From a virus, in IMG/VR virus record IMGVR_UViG_3300017725_000001, positions 32,001-96,000 of that record: a stretch of 64,000 nucleotides of DNA; one strand, 5' to 3'. Shown here one piece after another: positions 28,388 to 38,459 of this stretch. Position 1 is the first letter of the stretch; the number at the start of each line of letters is the position of its first letter. A program made the translations under genes and the position numbers. The notes below the pieces were generated by a model, which saw only the letters and a list, made by a program, of their open reading frames with translations, was not told the DNA's origin and made no database searches.

Positions 28388-29269
28388 TTATCTTTTAATT
28401 GGTGCAGGTACTATATATGATACTCCATTAATGTTTCTAATTGCTTCACCTGTCTTGAGTTTACCTTTAAATCTCTTTAGGTTGTCTGGATTAGAAGTTT
28501 CATTAACATCCGGTAACTCTTTTAACTGTTTCTGATTACTAGTTACTTTACCTGTTGTTTTTAAGTCTTCAATATTTTCAGCATCATTTTTATCAACTTC
28601 ATACTCTGCAAAGTCATCAACTTCTACAAATCCATCATCAGCAGTAGCCGCATTTGCAAATTCTTCTGCTTGTAATATTTCAGCTTCTGTTGTAGCTTGA
28701 CCTTCACTTAAAATTTTAAAACCTTCATATGTAAATGTAAGTCTATAAATTGCTGGAGAACTATCTGAATAATCTAATGTATCAGCATCAATATTTGTAA
28801 TGTATGGATTATATATTTCAATAACGTTTTCTAGATTTTTTGCATCTTTTCTAGTAATAATTATGCTTCTTATAAAGTTTCTAGATTCAGGAGTTTTAAT
28901 TCCTTTTGGATTAGTTAAGAATGCACTATAATCGTCGTTGTTTAAAGGACCATCAACATAATGAGCTGTATAGTCTTTTAAAAACTTTTCTAAAACTGCG
29001 TCTTTAGTATCATATGCGGTAAGAGTTATAGGAGTATAATCAATACCAGTAAGAACAGTTTTCTTTGCGTTATATGCATTCAGTGTTTGCGACCTATAAA
29101 CATAGGTTGGTATCTGCACGTTTGCAATTCTAACAAGACTCAACGGAGTTGGGCTGTCTATATAATTTAATGAAACAGTAAAAGAATATTTATTTCTTGG
29201 TACTGCGTCGATTTCACCTCTTCGCTGATCTTGACTATAGACTTTATATGCTGAGTCGCCGATTGCCAT
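28388..29269 (-). CDS. Tail tube-like baseplate/tube initiator (gp54/gp48-like)
   Basis: Tube-fold motifs YN-K...IDY-PI-LT and NP-IT-ID-DTLDYSD. Confidence 0.7.
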   Translation of the reverse strand: MAIGDSAYKVYSQDQRRGEIDAVPRNKYSFTVSLNYIDSPTPLSLVRIANVQIPTYVYRSQTLNAYNAKKTVLTGIDYTPITLTAYDTKDAVLEKFLKDYTAHYVDGPLNNDDYSAFLTNPKGIKTPESRNFIRSIIITRKDAKNLENVIEIYNPYITNIDADTLDYSDSSPAIYRLTFTYEGFKILSEGQATTEAEILQAEEFANAATADDGFVEVDDFAEYEVDKNDAENIEDLKTTGKVTSNQKQLKELPDVNETSNPDNLKRFKGKLKTGEAIRNINGVSYIVPAPIKR

Positions 29270-29285
29270 CAGTGGTTCCTATCTG

Positions 29286-29894
29286 TTATCTAGTAGCGCC
29301 AGATTGTGCTGAGTCGCTAGATGCAGATTTTTCACTTAATGCGTCGTTACCATCGATTGAATGAACCGCACTATCATATCTTAATTGGATAGTTACTTGG
29401 ATCATTGTTGAATCTGCATAGTTTAGATCACCGTACTGAACGTTAGCAATATAACAACCTTGCAATTCCCACTTATCAAATACAGTTGGTGATGTACTAC
29501 CATTTGCACCATCTAGTGTTTCTAATGTTACACCAAATTTATATGCATTACCTGAAATTGAACTGTGTTGATCTGCATGGTCAACTTGTCTATTTAATTG
29601 GTTACCAATTTTCTTAATAACATTTGATTTCATGTCATCTCTGAATACGATTGAAATTGGTTCCCAGGCGTGTTTACCTGCAAGATACATTTTTGAGTTG
29701 TAAGAATCTACTACGACTTCTTCATGTGTCATTGACGGTCTGCCTGCACTAATAACGTTCTGAGTTACTTCATCTGTTGATGTTGCACCACCAAGATCTT
29801 CAAAGGTAACTCTGAACCTATAACTTAATTTAGGCATTAAAGTTGTTCCTGCTGAAGAGTCTGTTGGTACTCCAAAATTTGTAATTACAGCCAT
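29286..29894 (-). CDS. Tail tube protein (gp19-like)
   Basis: PKLSYRFRV, YLAGKHAWEPI and WELQGCY...LNY...LRYD. Confidence 0.88.
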   Translation of the reverse strand: MAVITNFGVPTDSSAGTTLMPKLSYRFRVTFEDLGGATSTDEVTQNVISAGRPSMTHEEVVVDSYNSKMYLAGKHAWEPISIVFRDDMKSNVIKKIGNQLNRQVDHADQHSSISGNAYKFGVTLETLDGANGSTSPTVFDKWELQGCYIANVQYGDLNYADSTMIQVTIQLRYDSAVHSIDGNDALSEKSASSDSAQSGATR

Positions 29895-29959
29895 TTTATT
29901 TCTCCTATATACTACTGTAGTATTGTTTATCTTATATTGTATTTATCAAATCAGTGTTC

Positions 29960-30033
29960 AAAAAGATAGGCTTCAGTAAAAGAAGCCTATTTTTAGGTAA
30001 TTTGACAGGCTACTAGTTGTAACCTGCCAAATT
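29960..30033 (-). terminator. Tandem hairpins/terminators
   Basis: ATAGGCTTC/GAAGCCTAT with a T-tract (29960-29994) and a second imperfect hairpin at 29999-30033. Confidence 0.65.
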
Positions 30034-30044
30034 GTGTAATAATA

Positions 30045-30359
30045 TTATGCTAAAAATCCGTATGTAGGGAAGGACTCGTGATCCATTCCTAATCTACCCG
30101 GAGTATCGCCAAGATCAATGCCAGCGTCTAGTATGTATTGTCTAAATGCTAGTCTTGCATCTTCGTCGTCAAAATCATATCTTACCCATACTGATCCTTC
30201 ATATAATTTATATGAAACATATACAGTACCTACTGATTCAGGTTTTCCTGCTACTGCATTTGTGATTGTAGTAAATGCAGGAGATGCTTTAAAAGCGTCA
30301 ACTGATGCGTGAGGATTACCTGGGGCTTTTCTGATTCTAAATCTAAATTCATCGGCCAT
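30045..30359 (-). CDS. Hypothetical protein
   Basis: 104 aa, strong AAGGAG RBS. Confidence 0.75.
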   Translation of the reverse strand: MADEFRFRIRKAPGNPHASVDAFKASPAFTTITNAVAGKPESVGTVYVSYKLYEGSVWVRYDFDDEDARLAFRQYILDAGIDLGDTPGRLGMDHESFPTYGFLA

Positions 30360-30370
30360 TTTAGTTCTCC

Positions 30371-31039
30371 TTAGTTTCTTGCACAGTCAACACCCTTACG
30401 GTCTGTTGCTGGGTGAGCATATGGTAATTTGTCTAATAACCATTCTACTGTGTTTGCACGTAAATTGTCATCGAGACTTAATGCACACGATAAGTGATAT
30501 ACACCATCAACAAAAGAAAATCCATAATGAACTTTTCTTGTGTTAATTGCATACCATCTACGTGCTTCTGGTTTGAAAATTTTACCGTCAACTACAAAAT
30601 GAAATTCTGCAGAATTAGTATGATTTAAATGGCAAATCATTCTAAATGAATCGCCTGTTATTCCGTCTGGAGTTACTTGTCTCCACTTATCTCTATGTGG
30701 TGCAAGATAATCACCTTTGTTGTAAATTAAACAACCTAGTGATTCTGTGTGTGCTGGTAAATCCCAATTTTCTGGAATTACACTATATTCATGACCTTCT
30801 TTAGGACCATTATAATCGCCACTTACACGAGAACGTAGAATTTTTGCTGGGTCAGCATTCATAGCATCAATTTGCTCGACTGCGTTGTTAGGTACCCACG
30901 CATCTAATTCAATGATGTCACCTGCTGAACCAAAAAGGAAGTTTGTATCAAACGCCATATCAGTTGTCTTCGCTGGATTAAAAGTTAATCCTTCAGAAAC
31001 TGGAGTAGCGATGATTTTGTTTTGTTCTATTTTTACCAT
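30371..31039 (-). CDS. 2OG-Fe(II) oxygenase (AspH-like)
   Basis: LAPHRD (HxD) and INTRKVH. Start MVKIEQ with an AGGA RBS (the track start 31108 is probably too long). Confidence 0.75.
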   Translation of the reverse strand: MVKIEQNKIIATPVSEGLTFNPAKTTDMAFDTNFLFGSAGDIIELDAWVPNNAVEQIDAMNADPAKILRSRVSGDYNGPKEGHEYSVIPENWDLPAHTESLGCLIYNKGDYLAPHRDKWRQVTPDGITGDSFRMICHLNHTNSAEFHFVVDGKIFKPEARRWYAINTRKVHYGFSFVDGVYHLSCALSLDDNLRANTVEWLLDKLPYAHPATDRKGVDCARN

Positions 31040-31134
31040 GGTATTGTCCTTTTTAATTTTTAAAAAAAACTGTAGTCCATCTGAACTACAATGCATTGCA
31101 ATTTGCATTAGTATTTATCAGAAAGTACTAAAAG

Positions 31135-31167
31135 AAAAAGGCTACTATTAAAAAATAGTAGCCCTTT
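31135..31167 (-). terminator. Intrinsic terminator after the sheath gene
   Basis: GGCTACTATT / AATAGTAGCC with a T-tract on the minus strand. Confidence 0.75.
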
Positions 31168-31190
31168 AATTTATTATTGTAAGTGTCTTA

Positions 31191-33620
31191 TTAGCTTAAT
31201 TCGCCAGTGTTTACAATTCTAATTGGAATGTAAATAAACTCTGCCGCTTTAGTTGGCTCAATAGCAACATCAATGTAAAATTCATTGGCGTCTATTCTAG
31301 CCGGCGTATTGTTTGTTGTATCACAAACTACTGCAAAGTCATATATTCCACGTTGTTGTAAAATATTAGCTAGGAAACCGTCAAATACTTGTTTAGCATT
31401 TGCTCTAGTACTAGTATCATTTGGCTCAAACAAGAACGGTCTTGAAATAACTGCAAAACGTTCTCTTAGGTAAGCTGTTAATCTAGCAACATTAACTCTG
31501 TCTAATGCTGAGGCACTCGCGTGTAATGATTTTTGTCCAAATACTACAACACCTTCTGCAGGAAATTTAGCTATTGGGTTTAATTTTTTATCATACATTG
31601 AGTCTCTTTGACCTTGAGTTACTGCTAGTGACACAAACTCATCTTCGCTATTTAAGTATCCAACATTTGATGCATTTTGTACAACACCACGTGTTAGACC
31701 AGCTGGTGCAAACCATTGAAATGATACATTGTCACTATACGCATAAGTGTATAATGCAATGTGTGATGCTGGTGCTACAACGTTATCACCTGTTACAGGA
31801 TTAGTTGTGTATGCGTGTGGATAATAAACTGCTGAGTAAGTATTCTTTGTTACTAGGCCGTTTTCACCATTTGTAGTTGCGCCTGTTCCTTGAATCCAAG
31901 ATACTGCTTCTGTTGGATTTAAACGGAATGGTGCATCAACAATGATAAATGCAGTTTCATCTCTATTACTGTTCAATGAAACCATTTCATCATATAGTTC
32001 AGGATAACCTGGTGCCGCAAGTAAACGGAATTGAATTGTATCTTGTTGTAGTTCACTTACACCTGCCGAAGCCTGCATAGCTGTTACTACTACTTTTCTT
32101 TGTGCAATTCTACCAAATGAACCACTGCCATCTGCTTGATTACCTGCTTTGTTTCTCCATTTCCAAGTTGTAGTTAGAGCTGAATTATATTCTCTAACTG
32201 TTCCACCTGATCTACACATATTAAGTCCAGTAATTCCTACTGGGTGTGTTAATGGATCTGGTGCACCTGCTAATAGAGTTGCTTCAAATGCGCCTGCTGT
32301 CGTATCATTTGCAGTAATATCTCCAAATACTACGCCTGCCGCAGTTGATTGATCTGCTTTATCTTTTGCTACCCAAGCAGTACCATTGTGTCTGTAAATT
32401 ACAGGATACCCTGAAGCATCTGTATCTATCCAATAGTCACCTGCTGATAAAGAACCGCCTGAACCATCTGTTGTTGGTGCAGTTGTAACGTATTGTACGT
32501 CTGATGCTCTTTGCCATTTTTGTGTTCCTGAATCGCTTACTACTTCGTAAACTGCTAATTCATTTACATCTGGGTCAAACCATAGTGTACCATTTACTGG
32601 TGCACCTACTGGTTCTGTTGTTTTAACTTCCATTACATAACCGCCAGTTGCTACTGATGGATCTGTTGCAACCTGATCAAAACCATTTCCAATACTATCA
32701 TATCTGTTTAAGATTAATGATGCATCAGTTGAAGAAATATCCATCCAGATATCTCCATCAATTAATGTTCTTGCAGTTGCTGAAGTACCGTCTGCAAATA
32801 CATCCGAAGTTGTACCTGCCGGTGCTGTGTCTTGTACATAAACTACACTTTGTTTAACAAAGTTACCTGCTGATGTTGTAAATAATTGAACGTCTAAGTC
32901 CAATCCACCACCTGGTTTTGTAGTTTTAATCCAAACGTCACCATCTGATGGTGAACTTGGTGCTGAATAGTGTGGTGCCATTGTTGGGCCAAAGTTATCA
33001 ACCCATGCTCCGCCACTAGCCGCAAAATATTTTATTGTTGTTCCAGCTGAACCATTTTCTAATACAACGTGATATCCACCTGTTACTACTGACGCAGTAG
33101 GTGCACCACTTGATGTAATTTCAACTGTTGGAGTTTGTTCTTCCCAAGCAGTATTTGCAGTACTATACTTCCAAATACCAAATGATGAAGTTGAAGGTTT
33201 AATCCAGTATGTTAAATTTGCTGGATCTCCTGTTGGCTCTGATGAAGCCGGTCTTAATTCATTTAAATCAACATCTGCACGTGAGATGTATGCCGCTGAG
33301 GCTTGACCTAAGAATGAGTATGCCGCTAATAAACCATATTCGTTAGTTTCATCACCTTGTTGTACTGTTCCACTTACCTTACGGAAGTCAACATTACCAA
33401 AGTATTGAGTTAATTCTCTCTGTGATGTAACTAATATTGGCTTGTTTGCATTAGCAGACTTTGTATATTTCGCTATGCCGTCTGACTCAGTAAGGGTTGG
33501 ATCAACCTTGTCCTGACCAGTGGCAATAAACAACATTGGAACCGTACCAGCGCCTGCTGGGCCGTATACTGATTCGTCTGTTACTGTTACCTGTACGCCA
33601 GGTGAAACAAGATTTGCCAT
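31191..33620 (-). CDS. Contractile tail sheath protein (gp18-like)
   Basis: LVSPGV, WFAPAGLTRG, LNPI, GQKS...SALDRVNVARL, FEPND and PTKAAEFI. Confidence 0.95.
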   Translation of the reverse strand: MANLVSPGVQVTVTDESVYGPAGAGTVPMLFIATGQDKVDPTLTESDGIAKYTKSANANKPILVTSQRELTQYFGNVDFRKVSGTVQQGDETNEYGLLAAYSFLGQASAAYISRADVDLNELRPASSEPTGDPANLTYWIKPSTSSFGIWKYSTANTAWEEQTPTVEITSSGAPTASVVTGGYHVVLENGSAGTTIKYFAASGGAWVDNFGPTMAPHYSAPSSPSDGDVWIKTTKPGGGLDLDVQLFTTSAGNFVKQSVVYVQDTAPAGTTSDVFADGTSATARTLIDGDIWMDISSTDASLILNRYDSIGNGFDQVATDPSVATGGYVMEVKTTEPVGAPVNGTLWFDPDVNELAVYEVVSDSGTQKWQRASDVQYVTTAPTTDGSGGSLSAGDYWIDTDASGYPVIYRHNGTAWVAKDKADQSTAAGVVFGDITANDTTAGAFEATLLAGAPDPLTHPVGITGLNMCRSGGTVREYNSALTTTWKWRNKAGNQADGSGSFGRIAQRKVVVTAMQASAGVSELQQDTIQFRLLAAPGYPELYDEMVSLNSNRDETAFIIVDAPFRLNPTEAVSWIQGTGATTNGENGLVTKNTYSAVYYPHAYTTNPVTGDNVVAPASHIALYTYAYSDNVSFQWFAPAGLTRGVVQNASNVGYLNSEDEFVSLAVTQGQRDSMYDKKLNPIAKFPAEGVVVFGQKSLHASASALDRVNVARLTAYLRERFAVISRPFLFEPNDTSTRANAKQVFDGFLANILQQRGIYDFAVVCDTTNNTPARIDANEFYIDVAIEPTKAAEFIYIPIRIVNTGELS

Positions 33621-33723
33621 GATATGCTCCTTTTTAAAATATTAGATTATTCTAATTGTTTAGTAATCTCTTATATGTAGTATTTATTTAAAATCGTGTA
33701 AAAACCCCGGTTACAGAGTTAAA

Positions 33724-34476
33724 TTATGTTTTAATTGTGCTTAATAGACGATCAAAACTACGACAAATTAGATCTTCAAACCCTTCTCCCCAATGACCGT
33801 GAACGATCATGTGTATTCTATTTTTATCACTATTGTTAATGACTGAATGATGCCTACCTACGTCTATTCCTCTTACATCTCCGGGTTTCCACGGAACTAG
33901 TCCTGCGTCTTGCATGGCAAACTCTACACCGTCTGGGTTTGTTATTGCTATATTGAATGCGGCTAATTTTCTTTGTTTAAAATCTACGTGTGGTTTTATA
34001 TAACCATTTGGTTCTAACAACATAAATCTACATCTGTGTAACTTCTCAAATGGCCATTTCTTTAACCACTCTACAGTTACAGGACATTGATCAGCTATAT
34101 CGGTCCAATCAAATGGTGGACTGTCTTCTTTTGTAAATACTCCTTGTTCTATATAAGCATCTGGTGAATCAGTATATTGAGAACCTTGTCCATGTACTGC
34201 AATACTTGCCCAACCAGGATGTATATCTCCTCTATGTTTAATATATCTATCTAATAATGCTTCAGCTTCTTTAGCTACTTCTTTATGTGGAAATTCTATA
34301 TCAAGTAATAATGTAGGACAATTTGATTCAGTCATAATCCATTTACAATAGTCACGTTTTACTCGTGGATGTTCTTGCCATCCAACAAAATAATCTGGTA
34401 CTGGTTTTAAAAATTGATAATGTTGATACTGTTTACAATCGTTAATAAAGTCTTTAACTTTAGTTAAGTTGTCCAT
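33724..34476 (-). CDS. Aspartyl/asparaginyl beta-hydroxylase-like 2OG-Fe(II) oxygenase
   Basis: RCRFMLLEPNGYIKPHVD...HSVINNSDKNRIHMIVH. Confidence 0.85.
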   Translation of the reverse strand: MDNLTKVKDFINDCKQYQHYQFLKPVPDYFVGWQEHPRVKRDYCKWIMTESNCPTLLLDIEFPHKEVAKEAEALLDRYIKHRGDIHPGWASIAVHGQGSQYTDSPDAYIEQGVFTKEDSPPFDWTDIADQCPVTVEWLKKWPFEKLHRCRFMLLEPNGYIKPHVDFKQRKLAAFNIAITNPDGVEFAMQDAGLVPWKPGDVRGIDVGRHHSVINNSDKNRIHMIVHGHWGEGFEDLICRSFDRLLSTIKT

Positions 34477-34500
34477 ACTATAAATCCTTCTTTATAGTAT

Positions 34501-35139
34501 TTATTCTATAATTTTACTGATTGTCTGTGTTTTAAATGATTCTAATGTTGAGTTATTATCTAATTGTAAATCGAAATCCCAACCTGCCCAGCTCCATTCA
34601 CTTTTGTGTACATCTGGATAATTTGATTTCATACTATCTACCATATTTGATTTCTTTTTGTAGTTAGCATGATTTAGCTCTGAAGCATTGTGCCACCATT
34701 CTGGTTTTTCTTCTCTCCATACTACTACAGTTCGGCCACCCATGTTTTGAATTGCATCAAGTTCATTAAAAAATCTACAATCACTTATAACTACATTTTT
34801 TTCTGTCTGTTGTACTTGTCTTTCACAAGCCGCTACCCATATGTCTGGATGAAAATGTGTTCTTAATACATCTGTACCAACATACTGAAGTGCATAACGT
34901 GGTGTAAAGTTAGGTATATCTAAACGTTTACTCCACCATTCATCTGTTTGTTCTCTAAATGCTCTACTTTCAGTGGTGTTGCCTTCTAGAAGTATTCTAT
35001 CCCAACCAAATATATTAGCACAGGCATCTTTTAATACTCCAGCAAAACTTACTCTTTGAAATCCTTCTTCAATTAGGAATCCTGCGGCTGTATCTTTTCC
35101 ATGACCAATAAGGCCACATATACCTATTACTTTTTTCAT
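34501..35139 (-). CDS. Deoxynucleoside monophosphate kinase (T4 gp1-like)
   Basis: GLIGHGKDT, TPRYALQYVGTD, ISDCRF-NE and HKSE. Confidence 0.92.
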   Translation of the reverse strand: MKKVIGICGLIGHGKDTAAGFLIEEGFQRVSFAGVLKDACANIFGWDRILLEGNTTESRAFREQTDEWWSKRLDIPNFTPRYALQYVGTDVLRTHFHPDIWVAACERQVQQTEKNVVISDCRFFNELDAIQNMGGRTVVVWREEKPEWWHNASELNHANYKKKSNMVDSMKSNYPDVHKSEWSWAGWDFDLQLDNNSTLESFKTQTISKIIE

Positions 35140-35145
35140 ACTATT

Positions 35146-35174
35146 ATTATAATGAGTTTTGGGTTAATTGTCAA
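35146..35174 (-). promoter_or_regulatory. Perfect sigma70 promoter, leaderless geometry
   Basis: TTGACA-17 nt-TATAAT-6 nt-ATG. Confidence 0.85.
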
Positions 35175-35796
35175 TCACAAAGTTTTTATTTTTTAGTTTT
35201 TCTACTACGTTTTCAAACTTTTCTCCTAAGACTTTAATTCTTAGGTATATTCTCTCTCTAGATATCTTTGGAACACCATGTACAATCATTCCGTTGAAAA
35301 GGGTAGGGTGTTTATTACTATAGTAATGGTTGTATTCTATGTCTTCGTCAGTCCAACCTCTTTTTTCATAGTTTACATTACGTTCTGGTTCTTGACCTTC
35401 TCTACTATAAAAACTAATTGGCTCACCTGCATCTTCTGGCTCAATAGGAAACATTATACCACACCACATATAATGATCAGTATGTGGATGAAATGAGTAT
35501 CCTGGATCATAATGTAGTAAATCAATATCACGTGGAGCAATGGGTTGTGCAAAATTAAACATATCCACATATTTTTTCACTACAGGATATTCTAGTAAAT
35601 CTTTACCTTCAGTTTTTTGAACTGCAATAGCATTCATACCATCACGTCCTTTAAATTCTCTTTTTTCTGGAGATAGATATTGCATATAATCACCAAATTG
35701 CATTATGTTATGTCTATGTTGATTTACAAATTCTAATAACTCATTACGGTCATACGTAATCTCATCTATAGTACAGTGGTATTTGCCTAATTGCAT
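35164..35796 (-). CDS. 2OG-Fe(II) oxygenase
   Basis: FHPHTD...IVHGV...ERIYLR. Confidence 0.75.
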   Translation of the reverse strand: MQLGKYHCTIDEITYDRNELLEFVNQHRHNIMQFGDYMQYLSPEKREFKGRDGMNAIAVQKTEGKDLLEYPVVKKYVDMFNFAQPIAPRDIDLLHYDPGYSFHPHTDHYMWCGIMFPIEPEDAGEPISFYSREGQEPERNVNYEKRGWTDEDIEYNHYYSNKHPTLFNGMIVHGVPKISRERIYLRIKVLGEKFENVVEKLKNKNFVIDN

Positions 35797-35800
35797 TTGA

Positions 35801-36541
35801 TTATCCTATTACAAAACCTAAACCTGTACTACCATCGTTGTATAATGTTAGTTCAGTTTCAAGTTTATCAATCTCAGCCTGTGCATCAGCTCTTAATTGA
35901 TCTGCGTTCATTGTAGTTCCACCTTGTGGACCTGCTATTTGAGTAAACTTACCTCTTGCTTCTGATAAAATCATCTTAGCATGAGCAAAGGCATAGTCTT
36001 TTAGCCAAGGACTTGCATAAGTGTCTTCTAATAAACTTTCAGTTGGTCTGTAATTGTAACAATGCAGAACTGCATTGTCATCTGCTTTAATTTTTCTATG
36101 TAGGATTAACTTTTTATCTTGAGGTCTCCAAGTAAACAATAATTCTGCACCAAAAAGTCTACCCATTGTTTCTCTATTTTGTTGTAAAAAATCAAAACTT
36201 GATAATCCACCATTACGTGTACTACCTAATAGGTATGTATTTAGATACGCCGCTTGGAAAGGCTCAATATCGTTACCAGTACCACTGCTTACGCCTGTTG
36301 TACGTCTGTAAATGTCTTTAACTTCCATTACTTCTTCTGGTAATGTGTATTCTGCTTGACCTTCAATCATTTCAAGAATCATTAGACTCTCTTCAACTGC
36401 ATTTTCTGCACGTTGACGGTATTTTTGTAATGACTTGTTTATTGCTAGTTCATAATGTTCCGGATCTAGCTCAACATCAATCATTCCTCCACCCATACGA
36501 AGTTCTATTTCTTTTTGAAGTTTGTTAAATGCATTCGCCAT
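35801..36541 (-). CDS. Neck protein (T4 gp13-like)
   Basis: LRMGGGMIDVEL...WLKDYA-A-AK...ARGKF...GPQGGTTMN. Confidence 0.88.
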   Translation of the reverse strand: MANAFNKLQKEIELRMGGGMIDVELDPEHYELAINKSLQKYRQRAENAVEESLMILEMIEGQAEYTLPEEVMEVKDIYRRTTGVSSGTGNDIEPFQAAYLNTYLLGSTRNGGLSSFDFLQQNRETMGRLFGAELLFTWRPQDKKLILHRKIKADDNAVLHCYNYRPTESLLEDTYASPWLKDYAFAHAKMILSEARGKFTQIAGPQGGTTMNADQLRADAQAEIDKLETELTLYNDGSTGLGFVIG

Positions 36542-36580
36542 ATGTTAGTTTCTCCTACTACGTATTGTATTTATCAGATT

Positions 36581-37888
36581 TTACTTATCGTAGCAGGCTA
36601 ATAGGATGGTCTCGTTGTTAATTCTACCGTTTAGTTTGGTTTGAGTTGTTTTGAGAGTCTCAAATTGCTTCTCAAACTTATGTCTAGTAGCTTTTTTGAT
36701 TTCTGGTAAGAATTCACTTGGTTTTCGTAGTGTCATTTGTATACTTTTGGTCTCATCATAACCTGTTATTGTAGTTCCTTTAACACTTAACCCTGTACCA
36801 GGTCTTCTAGCATTAAGTGGGTCTACATTTTTAGCATAATAAGCTCCTAGCTTACGATTCTTTGTATTAAACACTACTAAGATACGTGTATAAGGTATAT
36901 TACTAGGTTCTACACTAGCCAAACCATGTGTTGTATCGCTTTGTTTAAATTTAAGTTTTTTAACAATGTCTTCTGGACTTTTTAATCTAACTTTACGTGT
37001 TTTACGATTAGCTTTTCCTTCAGCTTCTAGTATATCACAAGCATCAACGATTTTTCTAAAACATTGTAGAGCTAATTTTTTTTGTTTACTATCTAAATGG
37101 TCATATCCTTCTTGTAACTGTTCTGCAATGTCTTTTTCTTTTTCATCCATTTTATCAAGTTGAGCTTTTGTAGGAGGACTATTTAAATCTTCCATTTCTT
37201 GCAACCCAGGAGTATAGTAATTTCTTATAATTCTAGCATGAGCTGTTTTTACACCCAGTCTACGAAACAGTTTAGCTGGATCAAAATCGTCTAATGCTTT
37301 TTTATCATAATTAGTATACCAACTATCTAAAAATTCTTCAATAGGCAATGTCATTTCTAAAGAAGCATGATGAAGACGGTCTTGTATACTAGGCTGTTTC
37401 TTTATAGCCAGTTTACGTTCTTCTTCAGCTTTCTGTTTTTCTGCTTCTTCTACTTTTTCTTCTCCATCTATCATTGCTTTTTTAATTTGTTTATGTAAAA
37501 AATCAGATGTGGGTTGCATTTTACCCATTGTACCTGGTAAACTATCCCAATACTGATCTTCTTTTTCATTATAATCCGGTTTACCTAATGTCAACTGTCT
37601 ACAATTATAACCTACTACTGCTGATAGGTGAACTGCACCTGCTTTAGCTTTACGAATATGTTGCTTATCATATCCATTAGCCAACATCCAAGGCCAAATG
37701 TGTTCTTGTAGTTCACTAGTTTTATAATGTTCATAATACCAGCTATTAGCTGAACTAGATGCTCGATGAAATTGTTCACCAGACCATTCTTCCCAACCAT
37801 CCCATTTAGGTTCTTGTAGTTTAGATTTAGGTGTGCGATATACTGAAGCTCTTGGCTTCTTTCTTTTCGCGGACTTTAATAGTCCCAT
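36581..37888 (-). CDS. Hypothetical protein of T4-like phages
   Basis: C-terminal VFNTKNRKLG...GLSVKGTTI...TLRKP...NGRIN; function unknown. Confidence 0.7.
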   Translation of the reverse strand: MGLLKSAKRKKPRASVYRTPKSKLQEPKWDGWEEWSGEQFHRASSSANSWYYEHYKTSELQEHIWPWMLANGYDKQHIRKAKAGAVHLSAVVGYNCRQLTLGKPDYNEKEDQYWDSLPGTMGKMQPTSDFLHKQIKKAMIDGEEKVEEAEKQKAEEERKLAIKKQPSIQDRLHHASLEMTLPIEEFLDSWYTNYDKKALDDFDPAKLFRRLGVKTAHARIIRNYYTPGLQEMEDLNSPPTKAQLDKMDEKEKDIAEQLQEGYDHLDSKQKKLALQCFRKIVDACDILEAEGKANRKTRKVRLKSPEDIVKKLKFKQSDTTHGLASVEPSNIPYTRILVVFNTKNRKLGAYYAKNVDPLNARRPGTGLSVKGTTITGYDETKSIQMTLRKPSEFLPEIKKATRHKFEKQFETLKTTQTKLNGRINNETILLACYDK

Positions 37889-37904
37889 CAGAAATCTCCT
37901 TTAG

Positions 37905-38099
37905 TTATTTTTTGTATATATCATCTTTGGCAGAAAAATGGTTGTTTACGTCTAAATCTTGCAATTCTCGGTCAATCATGGATGATACATGACCAGCAAG
38001 TGTGGACCATTTAGTTACTAAGATGTTTGCGAATTCTTGTTTGCTTTCGTGATCTAAACGAGCAATAGCTTCAACTACTTCTTCAGGTTGGAGTTTCAT
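37905..38099 (-). CDS. Small hypothetical protein
   Basis: 64 aa, TAATG coupling to the upstream gene. Confidence 0.65.
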   Translation of the reverse strand: MKLQPEEVVEAIARLDHESKQEFANILVTKWSTLAGHVSSMIDRELQDLDVNNHFSAKDDIYKK

Positions 38100-38449
38100 T
38101 ATACTACCTCTTGGAAACCTAAACTAGCAACAACGTGTTTGTTACCTTCAGGATCAACAACAATATCACCTACTGAAGTTGAATACATAGGGTGAAGTCT
38201 TTCAATATTTTCTTCTGGACCAATATTACCTACTTCAAATACACCTTCAAGACCTTTTTCAGTTGTAATATTTGAAACGTGTGTATAATAACCTTTGTCA
38301 AATGCTTCTTTAGCAATTGATGAAGTATTATCTCTAGCGAAAGACATATCAAGTTTAAGTTTATGCTTTTCTACAGAATTATGACCTTCAGCATTAATTT
38401 TATCATGCTCTGCTTTTGTAACGTGAATTTGAAAAAGTTTATATTTCAT
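38099..38449 (-). CDS. YodL-like hypothetical protein
   Basis: LEGVFEVGN...MYSTSVGDIV; strong AAGGAG RBS. Confidence 0.6.
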   Translation of the reverse strand: MKYKLFQIHVTKAEHDKINAEGHNSVEKHKLKLDMSFARDNTSSIAKEAFDKGYYTHVSNITTEKGLEGVFEVGNIGPEENIERLHPMYSTSVGDIVVDPEGNKHVVASLGFQEVV

Positions 38450-38459
38450 TTATTGCTCC

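Noticed and set aside
29895-30044. tRNA or ncRNA in the larger intergenic gaps (also 17537-17728 and 55705-55873)
   Set aside because: No cloverleaf with a T-arm consensus; the gaps are explained by terminators and promoters.
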